64,000 bases of DNA from an uncultured Collinsella sp. (GTDB taxonomy: Bacteria; Actinomycetota; Coriobacteriia; Coriobacteriales; Coriobacteriaceae). Below, piece by piece: positions 43,259 to 54,599 of this stretch. Under the pieces are notes generated by a model. The model saw only the letters and a list, made by a program, of their open reading frames with translations. It made no database searches and was not told where the DNA came from. The DNA lies in NCBI GenBank assembly GCA_902493985.1, contig CABURR010000003.1, positions 7,210 to 71,209 of the forward strand, in the 5' to 3' direction. Both the position numbers and the translations under genes were made by a program. The stretch's first letter is position 1. The number at the start of each line of letters is the position of its first letter.

Positions 43259-43729
43259 CTAGCGGTTGCGTTCCTTAAGGGCGCGGTCGATCTCGCGCTG
43301 AACGTCGCGCTTGGCCATGTCCTCGCGCTTGTCGTAGAGCTTCTTGCCGCGACCCAAACCCAGCAGCAGCTTTACGCGGCCGTCGGTATTAAAGTAGAGC
43401 TCCAACGGAACCAGCGCATAACCACGGTTGCGAAGTTTGCCGTCAAGAAAGTCGATCTCCTTGCGGTGCAGCAGCAGACGACGCCGACGGTCGGGATCGC
43501 GATTCCACACGCCACCATGGCTATAAGGGTGGATATGCAGGCCGACGAGCCAGCACTCCCCGCCGCGGATCAGCGCGAAGGTATCGGTAATCTGGCACGC
43601 GCGCTCGCGAATCGACTTGACCTCGGTGCCGCTCAGCTCAATACCGCACTCAAACGTCTCATCGATAAAGTACTCGTGATGTGCCGAGCGATTCTTGGAA
43701 ATGAGCTTGCGTTCACGCTTACTGGGCAT
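43259..43729 (-). CDS. smpB: SsrA-binding protein
   Basis: GIELSGTEVKSIR, RRLLLHRKEI, GKKLYDKRE. Confidence 0.95.
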   Translation of the reverse strand: MPSKRERKLISKNRSAHHEYFIDETFECGIELSGTEVKSIRERACQITDTFALIRGGECWLVGLHIHPYSHGGVWNRDPDRRRRLLLHRKEIDFLDGKLRNRGYALVPLELYFNTDGRVKLLLGLGRGKKLYDKREDMAKRDVQREIDRALKERNR

Positions 43730-44636
43730 CGCCGGCCTCCTTGGCGCCATCGGAACCCTTGCCCGTAGCTTCGCGCTTTGCCTTGCGCTCGGCATTGAGT
43801 TCGGCATCGCTCTCGCGCACCAGTTTGATAATCGCCGCGCAGGCTTCCTCGCCCACCAAGTCACGAGCACGCACCGTCAGGCGCGTCGCCTCCTGCTTGT
43901 CGCCGTCGCTTGCAGCATCGGTCGCGCACATAATCAGGCAGATGGCAATCTCGGCCGAAGGCGAGGTCGGAACGCCTTGCAGGGCCAGTTCACCCATCAC
44001 GTGCTCGTCGCTCTCCTCGGCGGCATCCGGATAGGTAGTATGGATCTTGTTGAGCAGGCGCGTCGTATGCGCATCGTTGGGCGCCAGGCGCAGCGCCAGA
44101 CGCGCGCAGCCCACGGCAGCCGAAATGTTCTCGGTCTCGGGCTCCAAGAAGTACTGTCCCAGATTGGCGTAAGCGCGGGCGGCGCACTTGCCATCGCTTG
44201 CACGCTCCAGCACCGAAAACGAGAGCGATGCCCATTCCTGCTTGTCTTCGAGTGCGCGGAACAGCTCGGCCAAATCCAAGCGATAGTTGCAGTTCATGGG
44301 GTCCCAACGCACAGCCTGCATCAGGGCATTGCGAGCGCTCACATAATCCTGCTGGCGAATGTAGGCAAACGCCATGTCAGAGTACAGGCGGTCAAACGGC
44401 ACCTCGACCTGCACGAGCTCGCGCGGATCCTTCTCCACGCGGCGATAGGCCAAGCGCTCAAACTTGCTATCGAAGCTAAAGTATTGGCGCTTCTCCTCCG
44501 TCTTGCACTCGGCGTCGATATACTCCTCGGCGAGCTCCACCAGGCGCTCCAGCAGCGGCGTCGCCGTAGCCAGGTCGCCCTGCGCCAGATAGTTCTCGGC
44601 ATACGTGATGTCTTGCAAGCTGATGGGCAGGTCCAT
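43719..44636 (-). CDS. TPR-like helical repeat protein
   Basis: TPR-like helices (ALMQAVRWDP, ALRLAPND); overlaps the smpB start. Confidence 0.75.
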   Translation of the reverse strand: MDLPISLQDITYAENYLAQGDLATATPLLERLVELAEEYIDAECKTEEKRQYFSFDSKFERLAYRRVEKDPRELVQVEVPFDRLYSDMAFAYIRQQDYVSARNALMQAVRWDPMNCNYRLDLAELFRALEDKQEWASLSFSVLERASDGKCAARAYANLGQYFLEPETENISAAVGCARLALRLAPNDAHTTRLLNKIHTTYPDAAEESDEHVMGELALQGVPTSPSAEIAICLIMCATDAASDGDKQEATRLTVRARDLVGEEACAAIIKLVRESDAELNAERKAKREATGKGSDGAKEAGDAQ

Positions 44637-44731
44637 GACAACTCCTCGGTCCAGGCGGCAGACTCAACGCGCCTTAAACATCGGTCAATACACAAAACCC
44701 GGGTCTCTTACGAGGCCCGGGCGTTCAATTT

Positions 44732-44808
44732 TGGTAGCCCGTACCAGATTCGAACTGGTGATCTCCGCCTTGAGAGGGCGGCGTCCTAAACCGCTAGACG
44801 AACGGGCC
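44732..44808 (-). tRNA. tRNA-Glu (CTC)
   Basis: GGCCCGTTCGTCTAGCGG...CT-CTC-AA...GTTCGAATC...CCA. Confidence 0.95.
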
Positions 44809-44825
44809 ATATGTAGCAAATGCAA

Positions 44826-44899
44826 TGGCTGGGATGGAGGGAGTCGAACCCCCATTGACGGAACCAGAATCCGCTGTCCTGCCATTAGACGACATCCCA
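44826..44899 (-). tRNA. tRNA-Gln (CTG)
   Basis: TGGGATGTCGTCTAATGG...TT-CTG-GT...GTTCGACTC...CCA. Confidence 0.95.
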
Positions 44900-45164
44900 A
44901 TGACTGCATCGCTGCGCTCGGCTGTGCCTTTGCGCAAGAAAGAAATATACGGGAAGTCTCGCCGTGACGCAAGCCCCAATTTTGACTTTTTTGAAATTCA
45001 GTCAAATACGGCCAACACGTGAAGGACCTGTGAAACACCAGCGACACGTACGGCGCCAAAGCCCGTAAAACATCCCACATCTACCGCTGGTAGATTACAA
45101 CAATGCGGCACTCACGGCTGATGGCACAATCGAACCGTCATCATTGCACGGATATCGAGGCGCC

Positions 45165-45575
45165 ATGGACGAAGAGCTTGATTACCTATGGGAGACCCTG
45201 GGCCTCGAGATCACTGCTGACCTTTGGCCCGAACGGGACAAAATCCATCCCACACTGCGCCCCGCCATCACGGTGATGCAGGCAAAATACCGCCGTGCAT
45301 CCTTTTTGATCATGCGGGTGTCATGGCACGCGGGACTCCCCGACCTTAAGCGAATCCAGGCAAGCCTCGTCGAGCTGTCCGGTATGCCGACCGTCATATC
45401 CGAGGCGCACCTGGAGCAGCGCCAGCGCGAGCGACTGCAACAGCAGCGGATTCCCTTTATCTGCCCCGGCGTTCAGGCATATCTGCCCTTTATGGACGAG
45501 GAGTACTGGAGCGGCAAGCCCAACAAGCACGTAAAGGTCTACGATCCGCACGAATGGGCGCGGCTGGCGGACTGA
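45165..45575 (+). CDS. Hypothetical protein resembling the N-terminal part of MarR/AbiEi-like antitoxin regulators
   Basis: RERLQQQRIPFICPGVQAYLPF motif; ORF ends soon after it. Confidence 0.5.
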   Translation: MDEELDYLWETLGLEITADLWPERDKIHPTLRPAITVMQAKYRRASFLIMRVSWHAGLPDLKRIQASLVELSGMPTVISEAHLEQRQRERLQQQRIPFICPGVQAYLPFMDEEYWSGKPNKHVKVYDPHEWARLAD

Positions 45576-45593
45576 CTGGGGCAGGCCCGCCGG

Positions 45594-45765
45594 CGGAAAG
45601 TGCGTCCCAGATTTCAAACTCAAACTGGTCCCCACTTTCCCGTCGAGCCCTCAACCGGAAACCGTGTCCCACAATCGAAGCTCAGAATGGGACGTGCTTT
45701 CCGCAACCGGCCACTTTGGGAAAGCGCATCCCATTCTGGAAGCGAATTCCGGGTCGCACTTTCCG
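45594..45765. repeat. Three tandem 48-bp palindromic units, period 62 bp (family C)
   Basis: 45594-45641, 45656-45703, 45718-45765: GGAAA..G..TCCCA ... GG....CTTTCC. Confidence 0.8.
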
Positions 45766-45771
45766 CAGCCG

Positions 45772-46131
45772 CTACAGCAACGCCTCGGCCCAAGCCGCTT
45801 CCCTAAAGCCGGGAATCGCAAAGTCGTCGCCCACCAGCAGCGGACGCTTGACCAGCATGCCGTCGGTCGCCAGCAGCTCGTAGCATTCCTGGTCCGTCAT
45901 GCCCGCATCCAGACGCGCCTTCAGGCCCAGCTCTCGATATTTCATGCCCGACGAATTAAAGAAGCGCCGCACCGGCAGCCCCGAACGAGCAATCCAGGTC
46001 GCAAGCTCATCAGCCGTGGGATTGTCCAAAACGATATCGCGATCGATATACTCTACCCCATGTTCGTCCAGCCATGCCTTGGCCTTCTTACAGGTCGAGC
46101 ACTTGGGATATTCAACAAACAGTACAGTCAT
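45772..46131 (-). CDS. ArsC/Spx-like (YffB) thioredoxin-fold protein
   Basis: YPKCSTCKKA, LVKRPLL. Confidence 0.88.
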   Translation of the reverse strand: MTVLFVEYPKCSTCKKAKAWLDEHGVEYIDRDIVLDNPTADELATWIARSGLPVRRFFNSSGMKYRELGLKARLDAGMTDQECYELLATDGMLVKRPLLVGDDFAIPGFREAAWAEALL

Positions 46132-46223
46132 GGGAATCCTCCGAATATAGATCGGCCAACGCAGGCACACGCCACACGAGGCGCCTTCGTATGATGGGCC
46201 AATTGTAGCCCGCGGGTCACACG

Positions 46224-47276
46224 TTAAACGAACCGTACCCCGAATCCGCGCTTGATAAACGGCAGCAGTTCCATTGCCTCGGGCGTGATATGGCCCGCAA
46301 CGTTCATGCGCTCGTCACCGGGAAGATCGACCCGCGCAATCTCAAGCTCGCCTTCGTAGCGCCCATATCCGCTATTGCTCACAGCGATCGACCCCGCCTT
46401 TCGCGGCAGGCCGGCTCCGGCATCCGTCGGCACGGAATCCGGCTTAAGCTTCGTACGTGACTCCTGAGACCTAAAGATGAGGACACTCGAGTCGGGCCGG
46501 TCGTGATGAATCTGCCCGCGCACATAGGCATAACTGAGCTCAAGCTCGCATTGCAGGTCCACGTATCCGGCGGAAACTTGAGCAAACTGCGCCCAGCCCG
46601 CATCGGAAAGATCGGGGTCGCCGACCAACACAATGTCGCAATCGGCGCCATGTGCAAGCTCAAGCATATTGAGGGCAACCTTTGACGCGCGACCGCGCTG
46701 CGCCTCGACCGTCGGCAGTCCCTCGAATACCGGCCCGCGAACGTTAGCATCACCCGGCACAAAAGCCATGATTTCGAATCCAAGCGCCGCAAGACGAAGA
46801 TTCACCCGAGCAATGTCCTCCAGAGCTAAACCGGTATAAGGCTTGGGGTAAAAATTGTGGCAGGCGGCAAAACGAGTCACATCGGCACCGGCCTCACGCC
46901 ACGATGCGATTTCATCAGAACTCACTGTCGATGCATTGACCACAATGCGAAATACACCGGACAGCTCCGCGACCCGCTGGGCGCTAAAGCCATAGTCCAA
47001 ACGAAGGTATTCCAACCCCAGATCGCGCAAGTCCTCGATGCGCTCAAGCCCGAGCAAATCGCACGTGCGAGGCCCCACATCGGCAATGAGCGCAATGCCG
47101 CGGGCGGAAAGCAGCGACAGCACATGACGGACCTTATCGGCATACGCCGCTCCCCCATCCTCGGGAATATGCAGCGAGGTGAACGCATAGCGCGCACCCG
47201 CCGCGGCACCACGCTCAATCGTCCGCTCAATATCCTGCAGAGGGCTGGAAAGATAAATCGAAATACCCGTTTTCAC
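46224..47276 (-). CDS. mupG: MupG/DUF871 6-phospho-N-acetylmuramidase-like
   Basis: GISIY, FTSLHIPE, RLDYGF, NAST, CHNFYP, GLPTVE; murQ-murP context. Confidence 0.82.
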   Translation of the reverse strand: MKTGISIYLSSPLQDIERTIERGAAAGARYAFTSLHIPEDGGAAYADKVRHVLSLLSARGIALIADVGPRTCDLLGLERIEDLRDLGLEYLRLDYGFSAQRVAELSGVFRIVVNASTVSSDEIASWREAGADVTRFAACHNFYPKPYTGLALEDIARVNLRLAALGFEIMAFVPGDANVRGPVFEGLPTVEAQRGRASKVALNMLELAHGADCDIVLVGDPDLSDAGWAQFAQVSAGYVDLQCELELSYAYVRGQIHHDRPDSSVLIFRSQESRTKLKPDSVPTDAGAGLPRKAGSIAVSNSGYGRYEGELEIARVDLPGDERMNVAGHITPEAMELLPFIKRGFGVRFV

Positions 47277-47392
47277 GCTTCAACGCTCCTTTAAAAAAGC
47301 CGGCGGAGCAGTTAGCCCCGCCGGCACAACCATAGCATCAAGAAATCTGCCGCGCACCGCGAGCCCCGAGCAACACGGCTCGCGATATCAAA

Positions 47393-48823
47393 CTACTCGC
47401 CAAAGAACTCGTTGATCTTCTGCTCGTCGACGCCAAAGAACCACGTCAGGACAAAGCCGGCGGCATAGGCAAGCATCATAGCGGCAACGTAGCCGAGCTG
47501 CTGGCCAGGAACAACGATCAGCAGGCCAAACAGACCGGAAACGCCCTGAGAAACCGTGCCGATGTGAAGCAGCGCCGCGAGCGCGCCGCCAAATCCGGCA
47601 CCCAGGCAGGCCGTCACAAACGGACGAACGAGCGGCAGCGTAACAGCATACATCAGAGGCTCTCCCACACCCAGGATTCCAACGGGAATGGACTCTGCGA
47701 CGTACTTCTTGAGCTTGGCGTTCTTGGTCTTAAAGTACAGCGCCAAACCGGCACCGACCTGGCCGCCGCCAGCCATCATAAGGATGGGAAGCAGGTAATT
47801 GATACCCTTGGTAGCGCCGTCGGGATCGTTGAGCATAGCGTGGATCGGCGTGAGCGCCTGATGCAGGCCGACGGAAACCAGCGGCAAGAAGCCTGCCGAC
47901 AGGATATAGCCGCCCAGGACGCCCAGCTTCTCGAAGATAAAGGTCAAAACGCTAAAGATGGCAGTCGTCAGCCATGCGCCAACCGGCTGGATGACGAGCA
48001 TCAGAGCAAAGGCACCGATGATGAGCACCAGCAGCGGAGACAAGAACGTGTCGAGTGCGTTGGGCATAACCTTGCGAATCTGACGCTCCATCCAGGCAAA
48101 AAATGCGCCAGCGATGAGAGCCGCGATCATGCCGCCCGCTGCGGGGTTGTACTGCGCATTGGTGAGCGGCAGCAGAATGGCAGTGGCAGGATCAGCCGCG
48201 CCAGGCGCAAGCAGGGGCATGGCACTGTTGGCGATACACATCATGCCGGCGATGCCGCCCAGCGCAGCGGAGCCACCAAACTCACGTGCCGCGTTATAGC
48301 CCACCAAGATGGGCAGATAGGCAAACAGGGCCCAGCCCATGGAACGAATGCCCTGGTACCACCACTCGCCTGCAAGCGCGCCTGCCGTCGAGACGTTAAT
48401 GACGTTGCAGATACCGTTGATGAGGCCAGCCGCAATGATGCCGGGAAGTAGGGCGACGAAGACATTGGAAATCTTCTTGAGGAAGGCCTGAACCGGCTTG
48501 GACTCGTACTTGGCCTTCTGCGCGGCCTTGTTTGTGGCCGCAGCGTCAACCACGCTCTCGTCAGCAACGCCTTTCGCAAGGCCGGTGAGCTTGGAGAACT
48601 CCTCGAGCACCTTATTCACCTTGCCCGGACCCAGCACGATCTGCATCGTGTCGTCCTCGACCAGGCCCATCACGCCGTCGAGTGCCTTAATGCCCTCCGT
48701 GTCGACGTTGCCCGTGTCTTTGACGGTCACGCGCAGGCGCGTCATGCACGCCGCGTTTGCGAGCACGTTGTCTTTACCGCCCAAAAGGTCCAGCAGCTTT
48801 TGAGCCAGCTCTTTGTTCGTCAT
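47393..48823 (-). CDS. murP: PTS EIIBC, MurNAc/sucrose family
   Basis: ACMTRLR EIIB; GLHQ, GVGEPLMY; downstream of murQ. Confidence 0.82.
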   Translation of the reverse strand: MTNKELAQKLLDLLGGKDNVLANAACMTRLRVTVKDTGNVDTEGIKALDGVMGLVEDDTMQIVLGPGKVNKVLEEFSKLTGLAKGVADESVVDAAATNKAAQKAKYESKPVQAFLKKISNVFVALLPGIIAAGLINGICNVINVSTAGALAGEWWYQGIRSMGWALFAYLPILVGYNAAREFGGSAALGGIAGMMCIANSAMPLLAPGAADPATAILLPLTNAQYNPAAGGMIAALIAGAFFAWMERQIRKVMPNALDTFLSPLLVLIIGAFALMLVIQPVGAWLTTAIFSVLTFIFEKLGVLGGYILSAGFLPLVSVGLHQALTPIHAMLNDPDGATKGINYLLPILMMAGGGQVGAGLALYFKTKNAKLKKYVAESIPVGILGVGEPLMYAVTLPLVRPFVTACLGAGFGGALAALLHIGTVSQGVSGLFGLLIVVPGQQLGYVAAMMLAYAAGFVLTWFFGVDEQKINEFFGE

Positions 48824-48880
48824 AACTCCTCCTTGTATTGGGTATCTCGTCTGAATGTCATATCAGCTCACGCCGCGCAC

Positions 48881-49804
<924 letters not shown>

Positions 49805-49814
49805 TTCATTCACC

Positions 49815-50666
49815 TCATCTTTCCTGTTTCTCGATGTAGTTTTGCTTAATGACATGCGTCGCCCGTTCGTAGTCGCTGGCAACGTAAGCAGCGTACAGGG
49901 CATCGACAACCATAAGCTGGGCCATACGCGAAGCCATGGCACCGCTGCGGACCAAGGGTTCACTCGCAGCGACGCCGAGCACGGCATCGGCCATGGTGGC
50001 AAGCTTGGACGATCCATCTACTTTGGTAACGGCCACTACGGGACAGTTGTGGCGTTGAGCCTCGGCGGTGCAGTCCAGCACCTCTTGCGTCAAGCCCGAG
50101 TAACTAAAGGCGATTGCCATATCGCCCTCATGCATGTTCTTGGCACATAAGAGCTGATCATGCCAGTCGTCGTACAGATGGCACTCTTTGTCGACACGCA
50201 TGAGCTTTTGCGCCAGGTCGTGCGCGACCAAACGAGAGGCACCGATACCGAACAGATTGACCGCGCGTGCCCGCTTAAGATGGGCCGCGCATCGCTCCAA
50301 GACGGTGTAATCGAGCGTTCGCGCCGTCGCCTCGATTGTGCGCACGTTGCTTTTCATCACCTTCCCCACGATACGTTCGACGCTGTCGTCCATGGAGATG
50401 TCCTCGAGGGCAACGTCTTTCTTGTCACCCAAGAGCGCAAGCTCGGCAATCAGTTCGCGCTGGAACTCCTTGTAGCCCGCAAAACCCAAGCGCTTGCAAA
50501 AACGCAAAATGCTCGAGGGCGAGGAGAACGTGGCATCGGCAAGACCGCGGACGGACAGCCCGACCACCTCATGCGGATGAGCACTCACGTATGCGATGAC
50601 ATTGCGTTCCGCCGGACTCGCGCTGAGCTCACGCTCGCGAAGCCTTAAAAGCAATCCGTTTGTCAT
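49815..50666 (-). CDS. murR: RpiR/MurR family regulator
   Basis: RFCKRLGFAGYKEF HTH; SIS domain GIGAS, SYSG. Confidence 0.85.
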   Translation of the reverse strand: MTNGLLLRLRERELSASPAERNVIAYVSAHPHEVVGLSVRGLADATFSSPSSILRFCKRLGFAGYKEFQRELIAELALLGDKKDVALEDISMDDSVERIVGKVMKSNVRTIEATARTLDYTVLERCAAHLKRARAVNLFGIGASRLVAHDLAQKLMRVDKECHLYDDWHDQLLCAKNMHEGDMAIAFSYSGLTQEVLDCTAEAQRHNCPVVAVTKVDGSSKLATMADAVLGVAASEPLVRSGAMASRMAQLMVVDALYAAYVASDYERATHVIKQNYIEKQER

Positions 50667-50870
50667 CTCAAACACCTCCGTTGAGAAGAATTAAAGACCA
50701 ACGAACGATTCGTACCGGATATAAACAGCTTTTACGGTACATTGTGCCGCATCGTGGCGCACAAAGGGCGAGCGTTCTACCGCTCGCCCCTCAAATCCGA
50801 CCGCTCGGAAATACGCACGACACAAAAAAATTCAACGAGGCCGCATTATCAGAAACGGGTTTGTTACCGG

Positions 50871-51452
50871 CTAGCGCCTCGCATGGGCGCCGATCGGCCG
50901 AGTCGCATGGCGCACCAACGCCGCCGTCAACAATACCAACAGCATGGCGGTGACATAGCCCGCAGCATCGAATCCTAAATCGATAACGTCGAAATGCCTG
51001 CCGGGAACAAAGATCTTATGTACCTGATCGCCAACGGAGCAGGCGGCGCAAAAGAGCAATACGGGCACGCAACGGGAGCATACGCTCCACGGACGCCTGG
51101 AAAGGCAAACCACGACCACCGAGGCGAACAATCCGACGAAGAAAAACTCTACGGTATGGGCAACGCGACGGACGTTTGTGCCCACCCACATGCGAATGGA
51201 AGCAAGTCGGCCAGACCGGACAGGCGGGGCAGCCAAATCGGTGCCCCCGGTCATTCCGTTCTCCGTCTGGGCTTCACCCGTGGCATCGGCGGCCTGAATG
51301 CCCGTAGCCTGACCCTCCACCACACGCGCGGTGAACTCGCTCAGCAACGACGTCTCCACCGCATTTTGCTCCGTCAGCACCCAGATGCCCGCCAGCGTTA
51401 CAGCGAACAGAACGATCGCGGTCCATCCGATTATTTGTTTTACGCGCGCCAA
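50871..51452 (-). CDS. VanZ-like membrane protein
   Basis: VRRVAHTVEF, DQVHKIFVPGR, D..FD.AG. Confidence 0.75.
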   Translation of the reverse strand: MARVKQIIGWTAIVLFAVTLAGIWVLTEQNAVETSLLSEFTARVVEGQATGIQAADATGEAQTENGMTGGTDLAAPPVRSGRLASIRMWVGTNVRRVAHTVEFFFVGLFASVVVVCLSRRPWSVCSRCVPVLLFCAACSVGDQVHKIFVPGRHFDVIDLGFDAAGYVTAMLLVLLTAALVRHATRPIGAHARR

Positions 51453-51557
51453 GGGCCAACCTCCTTTTTTTGAATATCAGCGAGTGTAGCCCCAAATGGC
51501 ATCGTCACCGTATCAAAATTTGAATCGCAACAGGAAGCGACAAAGCGACGCAAAACC

Positions 51558-52163
51558 CTACCCCGCCTCGCGCATCCAGCGATCGAACGTCCCCACGCAC
51601 ACGCCCAGGCACTTTGCTGCCTGGCTGCGGGTAATATCGCCCGCCTCATAGCTATCGCGCACCAGCTCAAACTGAGGAGGGCATGGCTTGCGAGGTCGAC
51701 CGAAACGGACCCCTCGCGCCCGCGCCGCTGCAATCCCCTCCGCCTGGCGCCGATGGATATTCTCGCGCTCCACCTGCGCCACGTAGCTCAGCAGCTGCAG
51801 CACAATATCAGCAATCAGGGTGTTAGTCACATCCGGCGCGCCGCTGGCCCTGGCGCGCGTGTCAAGCAATGGCATATCCAACACCACAATGGCAACCCCG
51901 AGCACCTTGGTAATGCGTCGCCATTCCTCAAGAATCTCGGAGTAATTACGGCCAAGTCGGTCGATAGAAAGCACCACCAGCACGTCCCCGTCTCCCAGGA
52001 CGTGCAGCAGCTCGCGATAACGCGGTCGATCGAAGTCCTTGCCGCTCGCATGGTCGGCATAAATATTCGCCGAGCCCACGCCATAGGCGCCCAGCGCATC
52101 CAGCTGTCGATTCAGATTCTGATCGCGCGAACTCACCCGCGCATAACCGTACACCGTCGCCAT
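51558..52163 (-). CDS. Small serine recombinase (resolvase/invertase)
   Basis: YGYARVSSRDQN, SIDRLGR, ERENI..RQ.EGI, FGRP, C-terminal HTH. Confidence 0.92.
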   Translation of the reverse strand: MATVYGYARVSSRDQNLNRQLDALGAYGVGSANIYADHASGKDFDRPRYRELLHVLGDGDVLVVLSIDRLGRNYSEILEEWRRITKVLGVAIVVLDMPLLDTRARASGAPDVTNTLIADIVLQLLSYVAQVERENIHRRQAEGIAAARARGVRFGRPRKPCPPQFELVRDSYEAGDITRSQAAKCLGVCVGTFDRWMREAG

Positions 52164-52182
52164 CTCATCCCCGCTTTCTTGT

Positions 52183-52221
52183 AAACCTGCCAAAAAGGGA
52201 CAGGTTTATTTTGGTAGGTTT
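52183..52221. promoter_or_regulatory. Putative res/autoregulatory site of the resolvase
   Basis: AAACCTGCCAAAA-N13-TTTTGGTAGGTTT inverted repeat immediately upstream of the start codon. Confidence 0.5.
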
Positions 52222-52340
52222 TACCTCTCAAATAGCAGGTAAGCGGGCGGCCGAGCAGACGGCAAGGTAACCACGATTCAAATGCGAAGGGCGGTCCCGA
52301 AAGGCCGCCCTCCGCTCCCCCACCATAAGTCGGGATTTGG

Positions 52341-54476
52341 CTAATGGATAAGCTTAAAGTCCAAGTGCCCACGCGTGGTATTGACGCGCGAGACCTCGAT
52401 AATTACGCGCTGCCCCAGCTCGTAACGGGTGCCCGTGTCGGCACCTGTGAGCGTTAGCGCGTCCTCGTCGAACTCGAACCACTCGTTGCCCAGGCTCTTG
52501 ATCGAAACCAAGCCTTCGACCTGCGTCAGGTCCAAGCGCACAAAGAGGCCCATGCTGCTAATCCACGAGACGGTTCCGGCATAGCGCTCGCCCAGACGGT
52601 CCTCATAGTACTGGGCAATCTTGATCTTTTGCGTCGCATGGCTGGCGGCATCCGCCGCGCGCTCGGCATCGCTGCATGCGCGGCAGATCTGCGGCAGAAT
52701 GCGCGGCAGCGACTCGCGCCCCTTGCCGATCAGCCACGGCGTACGGACCAAGGCGTCCTTGCCGCCGAGCTGCTCATAGGCCAACTGCAGCTTGAGTACG
52801 CGGTGCACCACCAGATCGGGGTAGCGACGGATGGGACTCGTAAAGTGGCAGTAGCACGGCGCGGCGAGCGCAAAGTGGCCCTCGTTGCGCGGCTTGTACA
52901 GCGCGCGCTGCATGCTGCGCAGAAGCAGCGTGTTGACGAGCGGTGCGTTGGCCGTACCGGCGGCAGCATCAACTGCAGCCTGCAGTTCATCGGGACTCCC
53001 CAGGGCAATACCGGCAGCACGGCGATCGTCGATGATGCCTAGCTGCGCCAGCGCAACGGCGGCACCGTGCAGGCTGTCGGGGCTCGGATCCTCATGCACG
53101 CGATAGCAGGCCTCGATATCACGGTCCGCCAGCCACTCTGCAACGCACTCGTTGGCGAGCAGCATGGCTTCCTCGATAAGCGACGTGGCACACGAACGCT
53201 CACGCGCCACAATCTGCACGGGCACTCCGTCCTCATCCAATAGAGCGCGAATCTCGGCCGTGTCAAAATCGACTGAGCCGCGGGCGCGACGAATACGACG
53301 GCGAAGTTCGGCGAGTTCGTTAGCGGCGACAAGGAAATCGCCGAGGTCGACGTTGTAGCCGCGGGCGGCCTCCTCGCACGCAAGACCGCGCTCAAGCGCT
53401 TCCTCGCGCAAGGCCTCAGCAGCCTCAACATCCTCAGCCGCGCCCTCCAGCACCGAATACTCAACCGCACCGGCGCGCACCAGCAGCGCCTCGGCGCCGT
53501 CATAGTCCATACGCACACGCGAGCGAATCACGCTGGGGTACGGATCGTAATGCCGCACGCAACCCTGCGCATCGAGCTCGATATCGACGGTAAACGCAAG
53601 ACGGTCCTCGTCAGGGCGAAGCGAGCACAGGTTACAGGACAGGCGTTCGGGCAGCATGGGAAGCACGCGATCGGCCAAATACACCGATGTCGTGCGATGG
53701 CGAGCCTCAAGATCGATATGCCCGTCCCAAGCCACATAGTGTGAAACGTCGGCGATGTGCACACCCAGCTTGTAGCCGCCCTCGGGCGTACGCTCCAGCG
53801 AAATGGCATCGTCAAAGTCGCGCGCGTCGACCGGGTCGATCGTGATGACAAAGCGGTCGCGCAGATCGCGGCGGAGCGGGTCCTTAAGCGCCGCGGACAC
53901 ATCGAGCGAAAGCCCCTCGGCCTCGGCCAGCGCGGCCTCGGGATAGCTATCGGTATAGCCGTAACGCGCCATCACATATTGAACGCCCAAATCGGGCGCG
54001 TCATCTCCGCCAATGCGGCGTTCGATCGTCACAGTGCCCGATTCCAGGCGCGTCGGGTAGGTCAAAATGCGCGCGACAACAGCATCACCCGGGTGGACAC
54101 CCAGACGATCCGCCGAAGTATCCTCGGGCAAAATGAAGAAGTCGGCCTTCAGGCGCGAATCGAGCGGCTCAATCACACCGAGCGGACCGGCGGTCTGGTA
54201 CGTGCCCACCACGCTTATAGCTGCGCGCTCAACCACGCCCTCGATCACGGCGCGACGCTCGCCATGCGGGCTGTTCTTAATGCTCACGGCAACGGTATCG
54301 CCGTCCATGATCTCACGCTTGCCGCGGCCCATGACCTTGTAGTCGCCATTCTCGGTTACGACATAGGCACTGTGCTCATGGAGCTGCACGCGCCCGGTCA
54401 GGCTCGGACGGCGTTCGCTGCGCACCGGCCCGCGCTTATTGCGAGCTCCACGCTTATGCTTGTTATTGCGCCCCAT
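52341..54476 (-). CDS. rnr: Ribonuclease R
   Basis: TIDPVDARDFDDA, HIADV, HFTSPIRRYPD, C-terminal S1. Confidence 0.92.
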   Translation of the reverse strand: MGRNNKHKRGARNKRGPVRSERRPSLTGRVQLHEHSAYVVTENGDYKVMGRGKREIMDGDTVAVSIKNSPHGERRAVIEGVVERAAISVVGTYQTAGPLGVIEPLDSRLKADFFILPEDTSADRLGVHPGDAVVARILTYPTRLESGTVTIERRIGGDDAPDLGVQYVMARYGYTDSYPEAALAEAEGLSLDVSAALKDPLRRDLRDRFVITIDPVDARDFDDAISLERTPEGGYKLGVHIADVSHYVAWDGHIDLEARHRTTSVYLADRVLPMLPERLSCNLCSLRPDEDRLAFTVDIELDAQGCVRHYDPYPSVIRSRVRMDYDGAEALLVRAGAVEYSVLEGAAEDVEAAEALREEALERGLACEEAARGYNVDLGDFLVAANELAELRRRIRRARGSVDFDTAEIRALLDEDGVPVQIVARERSCATSLIEEAMLLANECVAEWLADRDIEACYRVHEDPSPDSLHGAAVALAQLGIIDDRRAAGIALGSPDELQAAVDAAAGTANAPLVNTLLLRSMQRALYKPRNEGHFALAAPCYCHFTSPIRRYPDLVVHRVLKLQLAYEQLGGKDALVRTPWLIGKGRESLPRILPQICRACSDAERAADAASHATQKIKIAQYYEDRLGERYAGTVSWISSMGLFVRLDLTQVEGLVSIKSLGNEWFEFDEDALTLTGADTGTRYELGQRVIIEVSRVNTTRGHLDFKLIH

Positions 54477-54599
54477 GGCGCCTCCTAACTATCGATTGCC
54501 GTTTACATCCCAAGAGTCTACCCAAATGATCCCTAGGGGACAAAAAACGGGCCGCCCCATAAGAGACGACCCGTTGGAAGGGATGAATTCCAGGCATGC

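Noticed and set aside
44732..44899. Prophage or ICE integrated at the tRNAs
   Set aside because: No integrase and no duplicated tRNA 3' end noticed.
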